Source: Hypanus sabinus (lineage: Eukaryota). From it: a stretch of DNA of 64,000 bases. The stretch's first letter is position 1. Every line of letters begins with the position of its first letter. A model generated the notes under the pieces. The model was given only the letters and a program-made list of their open reading frames with translations, was not told the DNA's origin and made no database searches. The DNA lies in NCBI RefSeq assembly GCF_030144855.1, contig NC_082731.1:21514001-21578000 (forward strand). Reading direction: 5' to 3'. The position numbers were made by a program, and so were the translations under genes. This document shows, piece after piece, positions 24,696 to 38,399 of this stretch.

Positions 24696-25002
24696 GGGCT
24701 CAGGGCACAGTAATACATGGCAGTGTCTTCTAGTTTTGTTTCGGATACTGTCAGTCGGACCGTTCTGCTCGAATCATTCAGCTGCGCAGTGAATCGTTGT
24801 TGCGGAACATTATCTCGGTTGCCGTCAAATTTCGTACGGAGCAACAGAAACTCCAGAGAACCTCCGGGATACTGACGGTACCATAATAATGCAGGGCTAG
24901 TCGTGCTTGTAGCTGTATAGTTACAGTTTAACACTGCAGCTTCTCCTTCCGCGACGGTGCTGACAGCAAGTGACTGATAAACAGCGTCGCCTCGGCAATG
25001 TC
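24696..25002 (-). CDS. TRAV/TRDV: TCR alpha/delta-type V exon (V2), apparently functional paralog of V1
   Basis: 307-nt open exon: (G)HCRGDAVYQ...VLNCNY...LLWYRQYPGGSLEFLL...EDTAMYYCALS. 28 nt and 15 aa differences from V1 by hand alignment. Confidence 0.93.
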
Positions 25003-25471
25003 CTGTTATTGTGCAAAAATAATTTCAAAATTTCAGTCAAAGATTATCAATATTCTGCTCTCATAACTCTGAAGCAAACCCCGGGTCCTTAGCACTTTCT
25101 GGAGCAGAGGGGTGGAGTCAATTTCAGTTGAAACTCTCGGCTAACATTAACAAGGGCGGCAGAAATGGCTGAATAAAATCATCTTTTTGTGAAAACTTCC
25201 AATCGCCTCCATCAACGAGTTCTCGTACCGATTACATCTCAGGAGGAAAAGAAAGACAATACTTCCGCCCCAAGGACTGAGGCTGATTCGCCTATCCTGG
25301 ATAATCCCATCAAACTTTCTATTGTCCTTTGCATGAGAATTGGATCTATGTTATTTCCGTACCCCCAAATCCTTTCATGCCATGATCAATGTTGCGATAA
25401 TGATATTCAGTGATATATTATCCTATTCAGCATGGTCTGAACCACGGTTTTCAAAATATCGAGAAACTTAC

Positions 25472-25517
25472 CGATCAGAAGCGCTGCAGCAATAAGAAAC
25501 AAATATAGGACTCGCAT
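25472..25517 (-). CDS. TRAV/TRDV: Leader exon of V2
   Basis: ATG at 25517, MRVLYLFLIAAALLI+G|GTAAGT. Identical in sequence to the V1 leader. Confidence 0.92.
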
Positions 25518-25668
25518 GTCTGTGAGAGGTTCACTATAGCTTTGTACAGGAACAATCTTCTTCTCAAACAAAGTTTATTCTGTGGTTCGTAAGGAGTGCG
25601 GACTCGTTTCTTAATAGGCCGTTGGTCTTATCCACATAACGTGCAGCTTCTTTTTGCTTCAGGAAGTT

Positions 25669-25734
25669 CCAATCAACTCAGTTTCTGAATTCTACCAATC
25701 CTCTAATAGTTCTTTGTTCTTGAACACAACCAAT
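25669..25734 (-). promoter_or_regulatory. V2 promoter: three CCAAT boxes
   Basis: CCAAT at 25669, 25695 and 25730; spacing identical to V1. Confidence 0.5.
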
Positions 25735-27021
25735 CAACTGTAAGTTCGCAGATTTGGTGAGTCCGCACACAGTTTACTTCCTCAGAGCAAATGATTCAGT
25801 GGTATATAAGATTCAAAGGCAAAGACAGAATGATCAGAAGTTACTTTATATTACTCACACTGAATAACGGAGTTAAATATATTTCCCTTTTTTAAAAGTC
25901 CAAAGCTAGGAGTCTGGTAGCGCCTCGAGGAAGGAAACCAGCCATTGAAGACGACATTGAAGAAATAAACTGCATGAACAGATTTCTAAAATTCCAGTCC
26001 ATTCCAAGTCTCTCAGCGTGGTTCAACCTTTTATTGCACAAAATGATCTTGGCAAAATTTCATAGTGTCAGATACTCCAAGCAAACTACGGCAACGGAAG
26101 GTTAACTTCAGTCCCGTATTATCAGACAACTTAAGTTTTTCTATGCCAACTGCATCTTCCAGTAGTCTGTGTAATTCCTCTTTCCTTTGCTATGAAAACT
26201 GCCTTAACTACAGTAGTTGTGCCGTTTTATATTATCATCTCGGACAGCGCTGTAGAGTGATCGACTATGTTCTTCGCAAATAGGGGGAACAAACCGTACG
26301 GTGCATTTATCATTTTAACTTGCTTTCTCGGAACTAAGACGACGCCCTCTTCAGCTTCCGTCGAGGAAGTGCAAGTATGGTAAATTCGTTTTATATATTT
26401 ATATTGTGCTTTTTTATCTGAGATTCTACGTTTGTTTGTTCTTCACTTCCAGTCCCTTCAAGCAAGCAGATGGAATCGTCATATTTCATCGAAATCCTCT
26501 GCTTCTAATAGAGGCAACCGCCTTCTGAATCCAGATTGCACTGACATGTCAGAACCCATCAAAGATGGCCTCTTCCTGCCACAAATTTAACACGGTTGGA
26601 ATTATCGATACGATTTAATTTCAGCGTGGCTGTGACGTTCAGCATAATTGTGTTATTTAGACTTTTTGCAGTCGAACCATGGATATTTGAAATGCACAAT
26701 TTACTTTATTATCTAAGTTCGAATGGTGTCAATGTGCGTTTTTCATTGTGTTGCGTTAGTTTCGGAGACTGAAATTTGCATTGATTCTTCCCTACGTCAT
26801 TCTAACAAAAATAAATGCTAGAAATTGTCGTAATCAACATGCAGACTCGGATAGTCGCAAATTCATTAAGCTCGGGTTTAGAAGTGACGTCTTGCTGAGA
26901 GGAGATATGATAAGGTCAGCAGACATATCATAATTCTTCAGGTTGTTTCAAGCGTTCGTAATTCTAATGTCATTCAAACGGCCCGTCGAGGCATAAATGC
27001 CTATTCCATCCATTAATTCCA

Positions 27022-27475
27022 TGTAGTGTCAAGAAACGACAAAGAGAGAAAATATTTCAAAGCAGTCCAATGAAGCTCAGTCGAAGTGTAACGCGACCTT
27101 TCGTATCCATGGGTGAGAGATAAAGCTAAGAAGAATGTCGTCTGATTAGAGTGGTATATTCAATGTCAGAATCCTGATCGATGCCATTTCGAAAGCCAAG
27201 TAGAACTGAAACATTAATTTGCTGGGTTTTTTTTTTAAGTACTACTCCGGACAATGCTGAACAATGAACCAAAACCGTATCGGAATGTGACTCATCAGTA
27301 CGCCAACACAACATTCGAACAATCTCCCTCAGCACTGCAAAGGGAGCTGAAGAAATCTCGTCGTACCGTCGAGAGTGTTTTCTCGTTACAATGATCGCAT
27401 GAATCGGAATATTCTCATGCGTAAAACCTTCATATCATTGGTCGGTGGCAACAAACTTCAGCTGAACACGAAAAT
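27022..27475 (-). pseudogene. TCR V relic B2 (paralog of A2)
   Basis: Acceptor at 27335, DTVLVHCS with Cys at codon 25 (V3: QTVLLNCS), GRVTLRLS (V3: AVTLRIS). The 306-nt exon ends at CACTACA. 93-bp intron to the donor at 27428. Confidence 0.55.
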
Positions 27476-28009
27476 GGCGTCGGCCTTCGCTCTCGGGATA
27501 AGTCACACAGTTCATTGGAGTATTGAGCAGACGTAACAGAAGCTTTTCTGCACAGGGCGGACAAATAGATTTAAAGCAACAGATTTATTTTCCTACGGGT
27601 TTCTTTGATTGGACGACTGCACTGACCCAATGGGAACGTTCCTGCGCAGGTTCGGCAAATATTATCAACCGGGAAATAATGGTCTATAAAGGATATTTAC
27701 CAGTCTAGTCTGGCACAGAATAATAAGCCTTTGGCTCAACAACGCCTCTTCCGGTTCAGGCATGGGCTATGTAAATTTATTCCTTACTTCCCGCTCATCT
27801 GTTGAGAAAATGCCGGGTATATCGACATAGTCACTGTTCCGTTCTGGGTGACATATGTCGGAATTTTCAGGACACCTCCTTCCGGACTCTGATGGCCACT
27901 TATGAGCATTTGCATCAAAATGCAGATAATTAGAGACCGTATTATGGTAGCGGAATTGTAGTTTGATATCCTTCGGCTTATTAGTGAAAGTGAAAGCTTA
28001 TAGACCAGA

Positions 28010-29385
28010 GCAACAGGGAGGTAATCACACTAATTATACAGGAGATAGATAACTGTGTAACTACCAGGAGAGGGGTGATGGAAAATCAGATAGTGGTGTG
28101 CATACAATTGGGGGTCCCCCTCAACAATAAGTAATACATTTTGCGAGAGCGACCTAAATGGAGCAAGCAACAGCTGCCGTGCCTCTGGCTCTGACCTTGG
28201 CTCTGGGGCACAGAAGGATACGGAGCTGAAGAAGATAGCAGCAGTAACGGAAGGCATGATATTCAGGCCGAAAATAGACGAATTCATGGAAACAAAAATA
28301 ATAATCTGATGGTAGGTTGCGTCATGGGTGCTAGCGGCATGCATGTTCCTTGACGCGTCCACAAAATCGTGAAAACTGAGGCTGAGCAGCCAGACGTCGG
28401 GGTACAAATTGGTATCAAAGACATAGGAAAAACAGGGAGACGTCCTGACAGAAGAAAACAGAGTGTTAGGGAGGAAGCTGAGTAGCCGGAACTCAAATTA
28501 TCTTAAAGTTAATATATAATATAATTTTAATTTTGCAGCCTGTGCTATGCTACAGCGCGAACAAGAATAGAATGAGGTGGCAGATAAACCTGGTAGTGAG
28601 GATTGGAACAAATCTCAAGGATTCCGACTTCTCGATAATTGCGAAATTTTTTGGGGCAGGTAGGATTCGCACAGAAGGAACCAGTTGCGCGTAAATATTA
28701 GGGGAGCAATAATCTTGCTGGTAGATTTTCTGGTGTTGTTGGGAGTGCTTTAACCTAATATAGCAGGGCGAAGGGAAAAAGGTTGATAGAGATAAGGATG
28801 AGCCAAAGGCTTACAAGTAGATGATGAGTGTAATATGATTGTAAGGAAAGACAATACAAAGGTCGGGTATGAATGCAGAGACAGCAAAATGATAATGTGC
28901 ACAACAGAGGCAACATTCAAAAGGGCCAAACATACAGGACTGAAGGGTTTGAATTTCAATGCACGTAGCCTTCTGAATATGCTGGATGAATTCGTGCCTT
29001 ATTTAAAGCTTAGTCTGTATAACAGTGTTGACGTCGTTGAGTTGCGGCTGAGAGAATGCCAAAGTTTGCAGATGAACATCAAAAGATTTTCTAAGTGTCG
29101 GATGGACATTGATGGTAGTGTGGCTCTGTTGGTAAAGAGGGAATTACATCTTTGGAAAGGGGTGAATGTGTTCGGAAAGTGTTGAATCCTTGTGGATGGT
29201 TAAAAAATTGCAAGCTGTAAGAGAGAAAAAAAAAACTTGTCGAAATTATATAAAGGCCTCCGAATAGGAGCTCAGATGTGGGTTAATATTCCAAAAGGAG
29301 CTGGAAAAGGCATGTAAAATAGGCAATGATACAATTATATCAAGGGATTTAAACGTGTAAGGTGATTGGGAAAAACAGGTTGGTT
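28010..29385 (+). mobile_element. Degenerate CR1 (partner of 9815-11160)
   Basis: Same esterase and endonuclease remnants (GLKGLNFNARSL). Confidence 0.75.
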
Positions 29386-29783
29386 GGTTGCTGAGAGTAA
29401 TTTGTTGTGCCAAATTAGACTACATGCTCAACCTCCGAAGAAAACAAACAAATGTGCAGGTGTGCTTCTTTAACCCTAAGATTCAGTTATCCATCACCAC
29501 TCGTTACAAACGACAACATGTCCGCAGAGATAGTAAACACTCGTCAAGTGTGTTTGTTTGTAGTTGCAGTGTGTGCCACTACAACACTCCTGAGATAGTA
29601 TAAATGGGCTGTCATGATTCCGACAATCATTTTTATGATGAACTAAATCACAGTCACGCACACTTTAGAGAGAAAGGTAAAGGCAGAGCAATTAGCAAAA
29701 GGAATGAGGCAGAACTCTGAATGCGTGTCAGGAGTATCTTTGCAATGCTGGTTAATTTCATCGAGGAACAAAGATAAAGCCAT
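29386..29783 (-). pseudogene. TCR V relic B3 (paralog of A3)
   Basis: 46-nt leader-like exon MALSLFLDEINQHCK+G (ATG 29783), LNLRVKEAHL, TGTAGTC-23-TCAGCAACC. Confidence 0.5.
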
Positions 29784-30164
29784 ATTATTTATTTTGTCTC
29801 TTTCCCCCTTTAATATCATGGGATTTAAACAAAATTTAGCCAAATTATTAAATTACAAGGATAACTCCATGTGTACACATACTTTTTATTTGTACACTCT
29901 GTCGATTCTTAGACACACACCATTGTGGAGAAGATGAATAAAATGATTTGAGGACACTGCAATACTTTAAATAATTAAGAAAAGGTATGGCTTGACCTAC
30001 CGGAATGCAGTTACCCACATCCGCAAGCACCATGTAGTGAAACACGGCAAATAAAGGAATAATAATTTACATCATGAGATGAACACCAGCAAAATCATCA
30101 AAGTTTAAGATTTTCAAGAGAAAGCTTTTGTGCCTGATTCGGTGAACGTTGCACATCAATTCAA

Positions 30165-31049
30165 CTTCTGGGTTCACGTGAGGAGCCCGTATCTCGAGCT
30201 AAATAAAAGTGTTTGAACTGTTAATGTAAAGTAACGGATAGTGTTACTACAATAGAGGGATAAGTGGCAATTTAATATGTCTTCTTTGAACCATGTGACG
30301 ACTTTTTTTCTGTTTGAGCAGATTCCGAAGAATGAATGATCATATTTATTTCATAGTGTTATAGTATGTCCTATGTAAAACCGGCGTAAATAATGTAACG
30401 GACAGGCTGCAACACTGGTATGTGGTGGTGGTTGGGGAGGGCTACTGCACAGGACCGAAAGAAGTTGCATAGGGTTGTAAGCTCCATCTTGGTCTGAGCC
30501 GACAAAGTATCCATGATATATTCCAGAAGTGTTGTCTCGGAAATGCAGCTTCGATTTTTCTGGTCCTTCAGCACCCAGGGCTTCCCCTTGTCTCACTACT
30601 ACGATCAGATAGGAGGTACAGATGGTGATGGCACACACTCAGCAATGCACTATTATGCACGATTTTTAATCTATTCATTATAAATATAATGCAATTTATT
30701 TATGTATTTATTTATGAATTATTATTATGATATTTGTTTTTTCCTATACTCCTGTGTTGCATTGAACTGCTGCTGCTATGTTAATACATTTCACGTCAGA
30801 TTCCAGTAATAATAAACCTGATTCTGTCTGTATGCAAGGCAAAGTAAACTAGTACTATTCACCGTAGTGGCAATGGAAGTTTAAGTTAGCGCAGAGTGAA
30901 CACTGACATGTCCTTTCGTTTGAGACATGGGATACTTTTCTGTACCTTGGGCGACGCTACAAAGTAGCACACCAATCCTAGCACAATGAAAAAAAAGCGA
31001 AGTGTGAACCTAATAAGATAAACATAAGCATTAACACTGACATTTTCAT
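30165..31049 (-). pseudogene. TCR V relic B4 split by a Rex1 fragment (30378-30832)
   Basis: Leader MKMSVLMLMFILL+G|GT (31010-31049), SVAQ, and F-T-L-T-V...L-E-D-T-G in the distal half. Confidence 0.5.
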
Positions 31050-32170
31050 AGACCTCACCAGGTAAAAAAAAAAATAATCCTGCTGTTGTGTTTCTCTTTG
31101 TATATCGGCATCATAGGATATCGAAGTAACGCAAGGTTAGATTTTATTATTTTGCATAGCAAGGAGAGATTTTTTTTTTTACCTCGACTAATGGCATAAA
31201 CTGATTGCAGGCTGACCTACCATTGCTCAGGAAACTGAAAAGGATACAGTAACTGGAGTTCCTGTTCGGAGTTCCTGACATTGGAAGTGGCACAACAATT
31301 TATGCAACCATTCAAGTTAAGGTATTTTAAATATATTCACGGAAGTATGTTCTTATCTGTGAGACAAACACAACTGAATAAGTAATTAAATAAAACCCTT
31401 GGTTTCTTCAGTAATGACTGGCTTACCATAACCTGTTTCAAAAGGATTTTCTCCTACATGTAAACGATACAAATATTTGGTGAGTGGGCAACCGAATGCA
31501 CAACAAAGACAGCAAAATTTCAACTTTCCGTGGACAACGCTCAGTGCCACAACGTAACACAACGTAAAGATTTTTTGTTTCTGGAGGGCACGGTAACGAC
31601 AGAACAATCGTCCAAATCCGTACACTTCAGATCCTGAAGTTCAGGTGACATCCATCAAATAATTAGAGAGACTGATGGGAAACATCCATGTAAACGTGCA
31701 CGGGTATTTAAGATTTTCTGTGAAGCAAATATTTAACAAATCTCAAGACATCAGATCGTACATACGAGGTCATTAGCGACTATGAGTATTTGTATCAGTC
31801 CAAGGTTTCGCTTTCTGAGCAATTTGTTCTGGGCACCAATTTATCATCCATTTCCCATTGATTTATCTGGTGGGGTCCCTTATCCAGTTTGTTCAATTTA
31901 ACCTATTGTTAGTTATTCAGAATGTGATTTCAATACATCTCATTGAGATGTCATTCGCATTGAAAACGTTTTCGGTACAGTTTATAGTTTTGCTGCCATC
32001 TCTAATATACATCTTCTCCTTATTTTCTAAGATCAATTTCTCCCTTCTTCTGTCTACTTGGCGATCGACCGCAACATATGGCTATAATTGCTCTGCAATA
32101 TTTAAGTTCTCGACTCGTGATCCAAGTTGCCGTCAGGTTTGCTTTATCTGGTGGTTTGGGCAGAGTTTTT

Positions 32171-32495
32171 TTTTTCTGTCCTCCACGATTCCTTAGCTGG
32201 CTAACTGTGGGTGGTAGCAGTGTAGCCTGATCTATTATTAAACTCAGTTTGACAGTCGATGATGTGATATGTACAACAATGCTGCATGTCTCTATTAGTG
32301 AGATGTTTAGCATTGTATCGAGTACCTTGCGAATAGTATTCTTTGCACACTTGATGAAATTTGTATCCAGAACTGATATAGTAGCAACAAACATTCAGAA
32401 TATAGATTTTATTTTCATTCAAATCGGACAAACACAGACCTTAAATCAAAACGGTAGTAAATGAAACTAGACAGTCAACATGTCTTACGGGCACG
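32171..32495 (-). pseudogene. TCR V relic B5 with well-preserved 23-RSS
   Basis: Reading across frameshifts gives TTV..(E)G, YSE, F-W-I-Q...R-I-L-F-A-R-Y-S and E(R)(F)SIVV(D)ITSSTVKL. RSS CACAGTT (32203-32209), 23-nt spacer, ACAGAAAAA (32171-32179). Confidence 0.6.
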
Positions 32496-33179
32496 ATGGC
32501 AAAAGTAAAATATTTGGACTACATTGTCGGAGTGCACGGAGGCGGCATTTTATTACCAAAGTGCTATCGAATTCCACTCGAATTACTATTTCGGAATGGC
32601 GGTATTTAACCGCTTTCTTTTCATCCTAGCGCTTGCCGAGTCTTCAACAGATCAAGGCAACTTGATTTTGTCTGCTTGCATTCGATCTTGGCTCTGAAAG
32701 TGTACCGTCGAATACTGTCGTTGAAGACTGGCGGTATTCGTTTCAGAATTATTTTTTTTTTTCCTTTCAGTAGCCATCATGTCATGTAGTTTTCCTTTTC
32801 AGCTTTTTAGTTAACGGCTTTATTTGACCTGACATTTATGGCTTTATATTCCCTTTAAACCCTGTTTTTATTAATTTCTGTATGCTATCGGACTGCTTTA
32901 GAATATCGCTCTCCGCACGGGTCATATTGGAACGAAATGACAGAATGTCTCAACAGCAATGAAGTTGTACCCAGCAGAGTGACGTTAGCTCAATTTAGAC
33001 ATAATGTTATTAGTTAGGGATAGGATGCACGATTCATGTTTTGGATGAAGCTAATGTAGAAATAATGCAGATAATCTCGTACCGTCAAGCCTAGATTGAT
33101 CTGGAAGAACAGGAATCACCGTTGCTGTGATGTATCAACAACATACCCAGGTAATCGGATCAGGAGTCTGCGAATTCCG

Positions 33180-36100
33180 CTCTCATGGTCGCCGTTCCCG
33201 AACTCACTGCGGACAGCCAGCTTCAGCTGACAGCCATTATGGTGCACGCCAATTCAATTCAACAGACTTTGGCCAGGGAAATCGCATTGCCAGCATTTCG
33301 TAGTTTTTCCCTATTCTGCGGCTTCGCAGTCTCTGCTGTTCATGTTCGCACTGCCGCGCCAGGACCAGAACTGACTCCCTTTTTCGAACTCCAACAGACT
33401 CCCGATTTCGGGCGACCCCGGATTTTAGCGTATTCCACCGAGTGGCTAACCACCAAGTGATATTTTTGTGATCCGTTTAGAAGCAGCATTTTTATTACCT
33501 TATGCGAGCTGACATTTCAAGCTCAGCCTGCTCGTTTTATTTATAATGCGCCGAACCGTGTGTACATGCTCAATCTCAGTGATGGATCTCCACGCAGACT
33601 GCTCAACGCATTACGGGATATCCGGGGCCCAGTCGTTCGAAATTTCGTTATAGACTTCTGGAAGGATTTGGGCCGTTTATTTGGGTGTCTTCTGGTTGCC
33701 CAGGGACTTTTGGAACTAAGTCAGGACATCGGGTCGCTGAGAGACAAATTGTTCTCACCTACAGTAGAGGTAGTATAGAATGAAATACCTCGCATAACTG
33801 TGTTCCAGCTTGGACAGAACGGAGCGATCTGGCACAAGATTGCACTCGTTGATAGGCAGGATATATTGGATGATCTGATTAATCCGGCTGTTCGATTGAA
33901 GAACGGTTAACTGAGTGAGCAGGGAAATAATTATAACCGTCAGCAAGGAGTGTATTCCTGACCGGTTAGTTCCGTCTATCGTCCGTTGCCGCTCTTGACG
34001 AAATTCTCGCAAATAACTTTTCGTGGTGTTTTCGGACACATAAAACTAAGACATTTGTCGATTCCGGGCAAAACGGTAATCTCATTGACTTCTCTGTAGT
34101 CAAAGATGCAGAGTTCTGATTCAGTGAATTAAAGTGAAAAGATGAACGTCAAGGCCCTGCACGGTTTTTCTCTGTGCACCGGCGAGATCCACCTTTCCAC
34201 CAAACTGTTTGACCTTGTGCTCGAAGCCATGCATAGTGAACAACTGTCATGACCTCTGGTTGATTCGCTTGAACTGCCACAAGTGCTTGATTTCCCCTAA
34301 TTATCCCGATATAACCCTTGATCGTATGTTATTTGGAGTTTTCTAAGAGTGGGTACCGTCATCCCGATCTAACTGGCTGAGTTCATATCAAGCTTAGGTC
34401 TGCGAATCGCCTCCTATGTTAGCTCAGGGTTTGAACTTGTTTGGGATTTCTGCTGTATATGCAGATCTTCCTGAGTGCTTCAGTTAAAGGAAGTACACCA
34501 TCTGCCCCTACATGCATTCGACTGTTCCACAATGCCCTTACTTATCACGGGTGCTAAACGGGGTCGGTTAAATTCCCACCTTCATCCTGAAATTCTGGCC
34601 ATGGTGGAATACATTAATAAGTCATTACCCACAGTTGTAACCCTCCTCCAAACTCGCCAGCGGGATGAAGAATCTTTATATTAAGAGCTTCATTCTTGCG
34701 CTAATCATCTGTCATTGAACAATATCAACATGAAGATCTATTGGCCACTTCCCCAGCTTTCGAATAACTACATGGAGCAACCAAATTTTCCAGCATTGAT
34801 CAAAGGGATTTTTAACAATGTGCTTCATATGAGAGAATGGGATGACTGACTGTCAGCTATCAACACGTCTAACGGCTACGATTAATACATTGTTTTGCTT
34901 TGTGTTCTGTCCACCGCCACGGTTGATTTCTGAGCCTTTGTTAAGAATGTGTTCAGAGACAGGTTGAAACTGTTGTTGAGTATTTAGACGACATCTACGT
35001 CTATTCCCGCATTCATCGGGTGCAAGTTCAGCTTGTTCGCAGGATAATCAGATCGCTCTTCGACAATAACCTGTACGCCAGGCCCGAGAAATGTGTGTTC
35101 CATAAAGACCAGATGTCCTTGTGGATTATTTAGCTATGTTCTGCAGTGTTCAATTTCAAGTAAAGTCCAGACAGTTACATCGTGACTCAAAGTACTCTTC
35201 CACATTCAGGATGCAGAGAGGCCCAACTCTCGACAAGTCCGGTGGACATTCTTTCTCAACTGGTTTAGTTTCACCTTCAGCTTTCGTTCCGAGTTAGGAA
35301 CACTAAGGCCGATACTTTCTGTCTGCAGATCGACGGATCTGATGCCAATGCTCATCCAGAGGACATTCTTCCACACTCGTGTGTTGCTTCTCCCGCAATT
35401 GGGGAAATGTAGGCGAATGTGTAGGTTGCAGAACAGGTGAATCCGGAGCCTTTTGGGGGATGTCAAAAATGGTTGTTGCCCCTACTGTGGTGCTCTTTCC
35501 AGCACGAGAATAGGGTAACTCCGCCCTTCTGGCTGGACATCAGGGAGTTCAACGGCCTGGGAGTTAAACAGATAATACTTTGGTAGCCATCTAGATAGCC
35601 CTGCCTTCGTTTCTGCATATCCCACCGTCGCTCATATCAAATCGTCACGCCAGTGTCCTGCAGGTCTGCGTCATTCACTCCCTGAGCCCCGCAGCACCTG
35701 GTCCTATCACTCAGTTGATTCCCTCATTGAGATAGCTCCGTCAAATGGGAACTCTGCCATATTTATCGTTATGGCTCGGTTATTCACGATCGAACTAATG
35801 TTCATACCATTGCTCCACCTAAGCACAGTCGTCTCCTGAGACTGCCAACATCATGGCTTAAGTTGTGTTTAGGCTCCATTGCTTCCTGCAGTAAATAATG
35901 ACTAAGCTTGAGCTGCAGTTCACTTCCCGTTTTTGCAAGGCTTTCTGCTTTCTTGTAGGAGTCACTGCGAGTCTCTCTTCTGATGTCTACCTCATATTAA
36001 ATGACCAGTCTGAAAAAGTAAACCAAGAGTAGGATGCACCTTCCGCTACCTATTCTTTCCAACCACACGTTCAGGAGTTCCCAATTGGTTTCGGTAGATA

Positions 36101-36760
36101 TTGCCCAAAATAACTTCCGGCCTCACGGGTATGTCCCCTTTTTATTACCAGAGGGATTCCAGACAACGCTTTTCCCTGACCAAGAGAATGAAGTAGTAGT
36201 ATTATCCAATTCTACAAAGCACACCTGGAGTCCAGCCAGAGCTTCTCTGCTGCACAAACATAAACAACGTGCCTTGATGCATGATAGGCTCCGCCGACAG
36301 GTAAGGTCCTTAGCACATGAAGAGTAGTAATTGATGGCATCATGTGAACCTCCACTGAATGTTAAGAGCGGCAAAGTGGCTCCAAGGGATCATTTGTTGT
36401 GTAAAAAAATGTGACCACAGTCTCGTATAAATTGCGTCTATCAGCATCACAAGATCAATCCAGCATTCCGTGTTTTCAGCTCAAGCTGGTGATTGCCTCT
36501 CCGTTGGATCCAGTCACTCCATCTCTCAGTTCTCCCTTCTTGGGAGATGGTGCCAATTTATATACGTTGCGGCGCCTCCTGGCATCTCACTGTGTACTTT
36601 GAAATGTCCCTTCCTCGTGGACTGCAAAGGGTATGTTCCTAAACAACGGCGTTGTATCTCGGCGAAGGACTTCTTTGAGCAGTCTCTCATGCGGGTATTC
36701 CAACTGGCACAGGATTGTGGCGCATCAGGAGCTGTGCCATATTAGGGAGGCAGAGTGCTG
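33180..36760 (+). mobile_element. Decayed Ty3/Gypsy (chromodomain, Sushi-like) LTR retrotransposon internal region
   Basis: gag core (ELTFQAQPARF), RT YLDDIYVYS at 34981, integrase-region TGMSPF near 36125, chromodomain-like DCKGYVPKQR near 36620, purine tract near 36745. No LTRs recognised. Confidence 0.8.
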
Positions 36761-37111
36761 AAGAGAAATATTACTAGCTGTAATTGCTGCACATCGGAAT
36801 AAATATCAGCCGTCTGTTTAATCATTTAAGTTTCTGAAATTAATGGGGTATAGAGTGGATATACCCTTTGATGTTAAATGTCAAATTCATTAAAGTGTCT
36901 GAAACTAAATCACCCCTTTCACCCATATTTCGCGAAAAGATCTTACGGTTCCTTCTGTTGGTAACATATTTGCACCGAATGAAAGCTATCTCGTCATGTA
37001 ATCCACCAGAATGCTCCGGAGCACAATGCTGCATCCCCAGGAGCAGCACTGCTTCTCCAGATCAATTGTGGTTAAATAACACAAAGTATACTGCTGATGG
37101 TGTGGTCAGTT

Positions 37112-37655
37112 CAAGACGCACAAAAAACTGGAGGAACTCAGCAGGTCGGGCAGAATCCGTTGAACGGAGCATTCAACGTTGTGGGTCGAGACCCTTCGTC
37201 TGGAATAAAGAAGGAGGGGGCAGTGGCCCTATAATGAAGGTGGGGGAAGGGTGGAAAACCAATCAGAAGAAAGATCAAGGGGTGGGGGAGGGGAAGCTGG
37301 AATGGGATAGGCAGGAGAGGTGAAGAAAGAATCTAAGAGGAAAGCACTATGGGTAGTCGAAGAAGGCAGAGTCATGAGAGGTGATAGGCAGCTAAAATAG
37401 GAGACAGATTGAATGTGGGATGGGTGAATGGAGAGGGAGGGAACTACATGAATTCGATGTTCATACCAAGGGGCTGGAGATTACCCAGACTGTATATGAG
37501 ACGCTGTTCCACATATTGAGAGTTATGAGATGTTTGGCCTCATCATGGCAGTAGAGGAGGCCATGTATGGACATATCTGAATGGGAATGTGAAGGAGAGT
37601 TGAAGTGAGCGGCAACCGGGAGATACTGACTGTTGTGGCGGACGGAAATTGTGGT
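37112..37655 (-). mobile_element. Penelope-like element 3' fragment (GIY-YIG C-terminus)
   Basis: LPVAAHFNSPSHSHSDMSIHGLLYCHDEAK motif followed by the 3' repeat seen at 23655. Confidence 0.75.
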
Positions 37656-38399
37656 TAATGTTGCCGGAATTTCCAAAACAAATTCTAATCCATTCCTCAT
37701 TATTCGTCTAGGGAACTTTCAACAGGAATGACAAATATTTTTTCAATATTTATTTTCCAGTTTTTTTCCCTTTCAATTTGGAACGGTTTCATTTTCTACC
37801 ATCTGATCCCCTGCACTAACACACTATTTTTGCACCGAGCGAAAAGCAACGCGAAACAATCAGCCCCAGCTGCCAATACTTCCATAATCTAGATGGTGAC
37901 ATGATGCATAACTTATGTTAACATTATACAAGTTCAATCCAAATTCCAACTGATCACGCAGCTGTCGAAACGGTTAATAATTCTGAGTTTATATTGTTCC
38001 CGTCAACCGAAATAAAACCAAATTTATTGAAAGTTACTTCTATTTTGATAGATTATATTTGAACATGAGATCTGCAATTCTTTGCTTTCAAATACACGTT
38101 ACTTCGAAAATGATCATCTTATCTGATTGATCCTGGTCCAAAATATACTACAAATAGAGTTTAAATAAAATTGCCTTCGATTTATACTGTGGAAGTTGGA
38201 AGAAATTGGACAGAAATGTATAGCTGGCTAGTTGAGGATATCGATATGAAGAAAGTAAATCTGCGCAGAAGATCGAGGCACCTAAGAATGCCTAAGAATC
38301 GAGGCACCTAAGAATGTTTTCAACGTATTTCAAAATAATTTGGCACTTTCTTTATTTAATTTTTGAAATCTATTTTTCCGTTTTATTCTCGATGTTTCA

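Larger units (their letters stand above)
20116..33440. repeat. Segmental duplication unit B
   Basis: Partner of 1-14690. Lacks about 485-3275 of unit A. Has extra segments at about 21050-21268, 23400-23940 and 32297-32810. Confidence 0.93.

Noticed and set aside
36868-37323. 151-aa plus-strand ORF
   Set aside because: Runs antisense through a Penelope-derived repeat; no recognisable domain.
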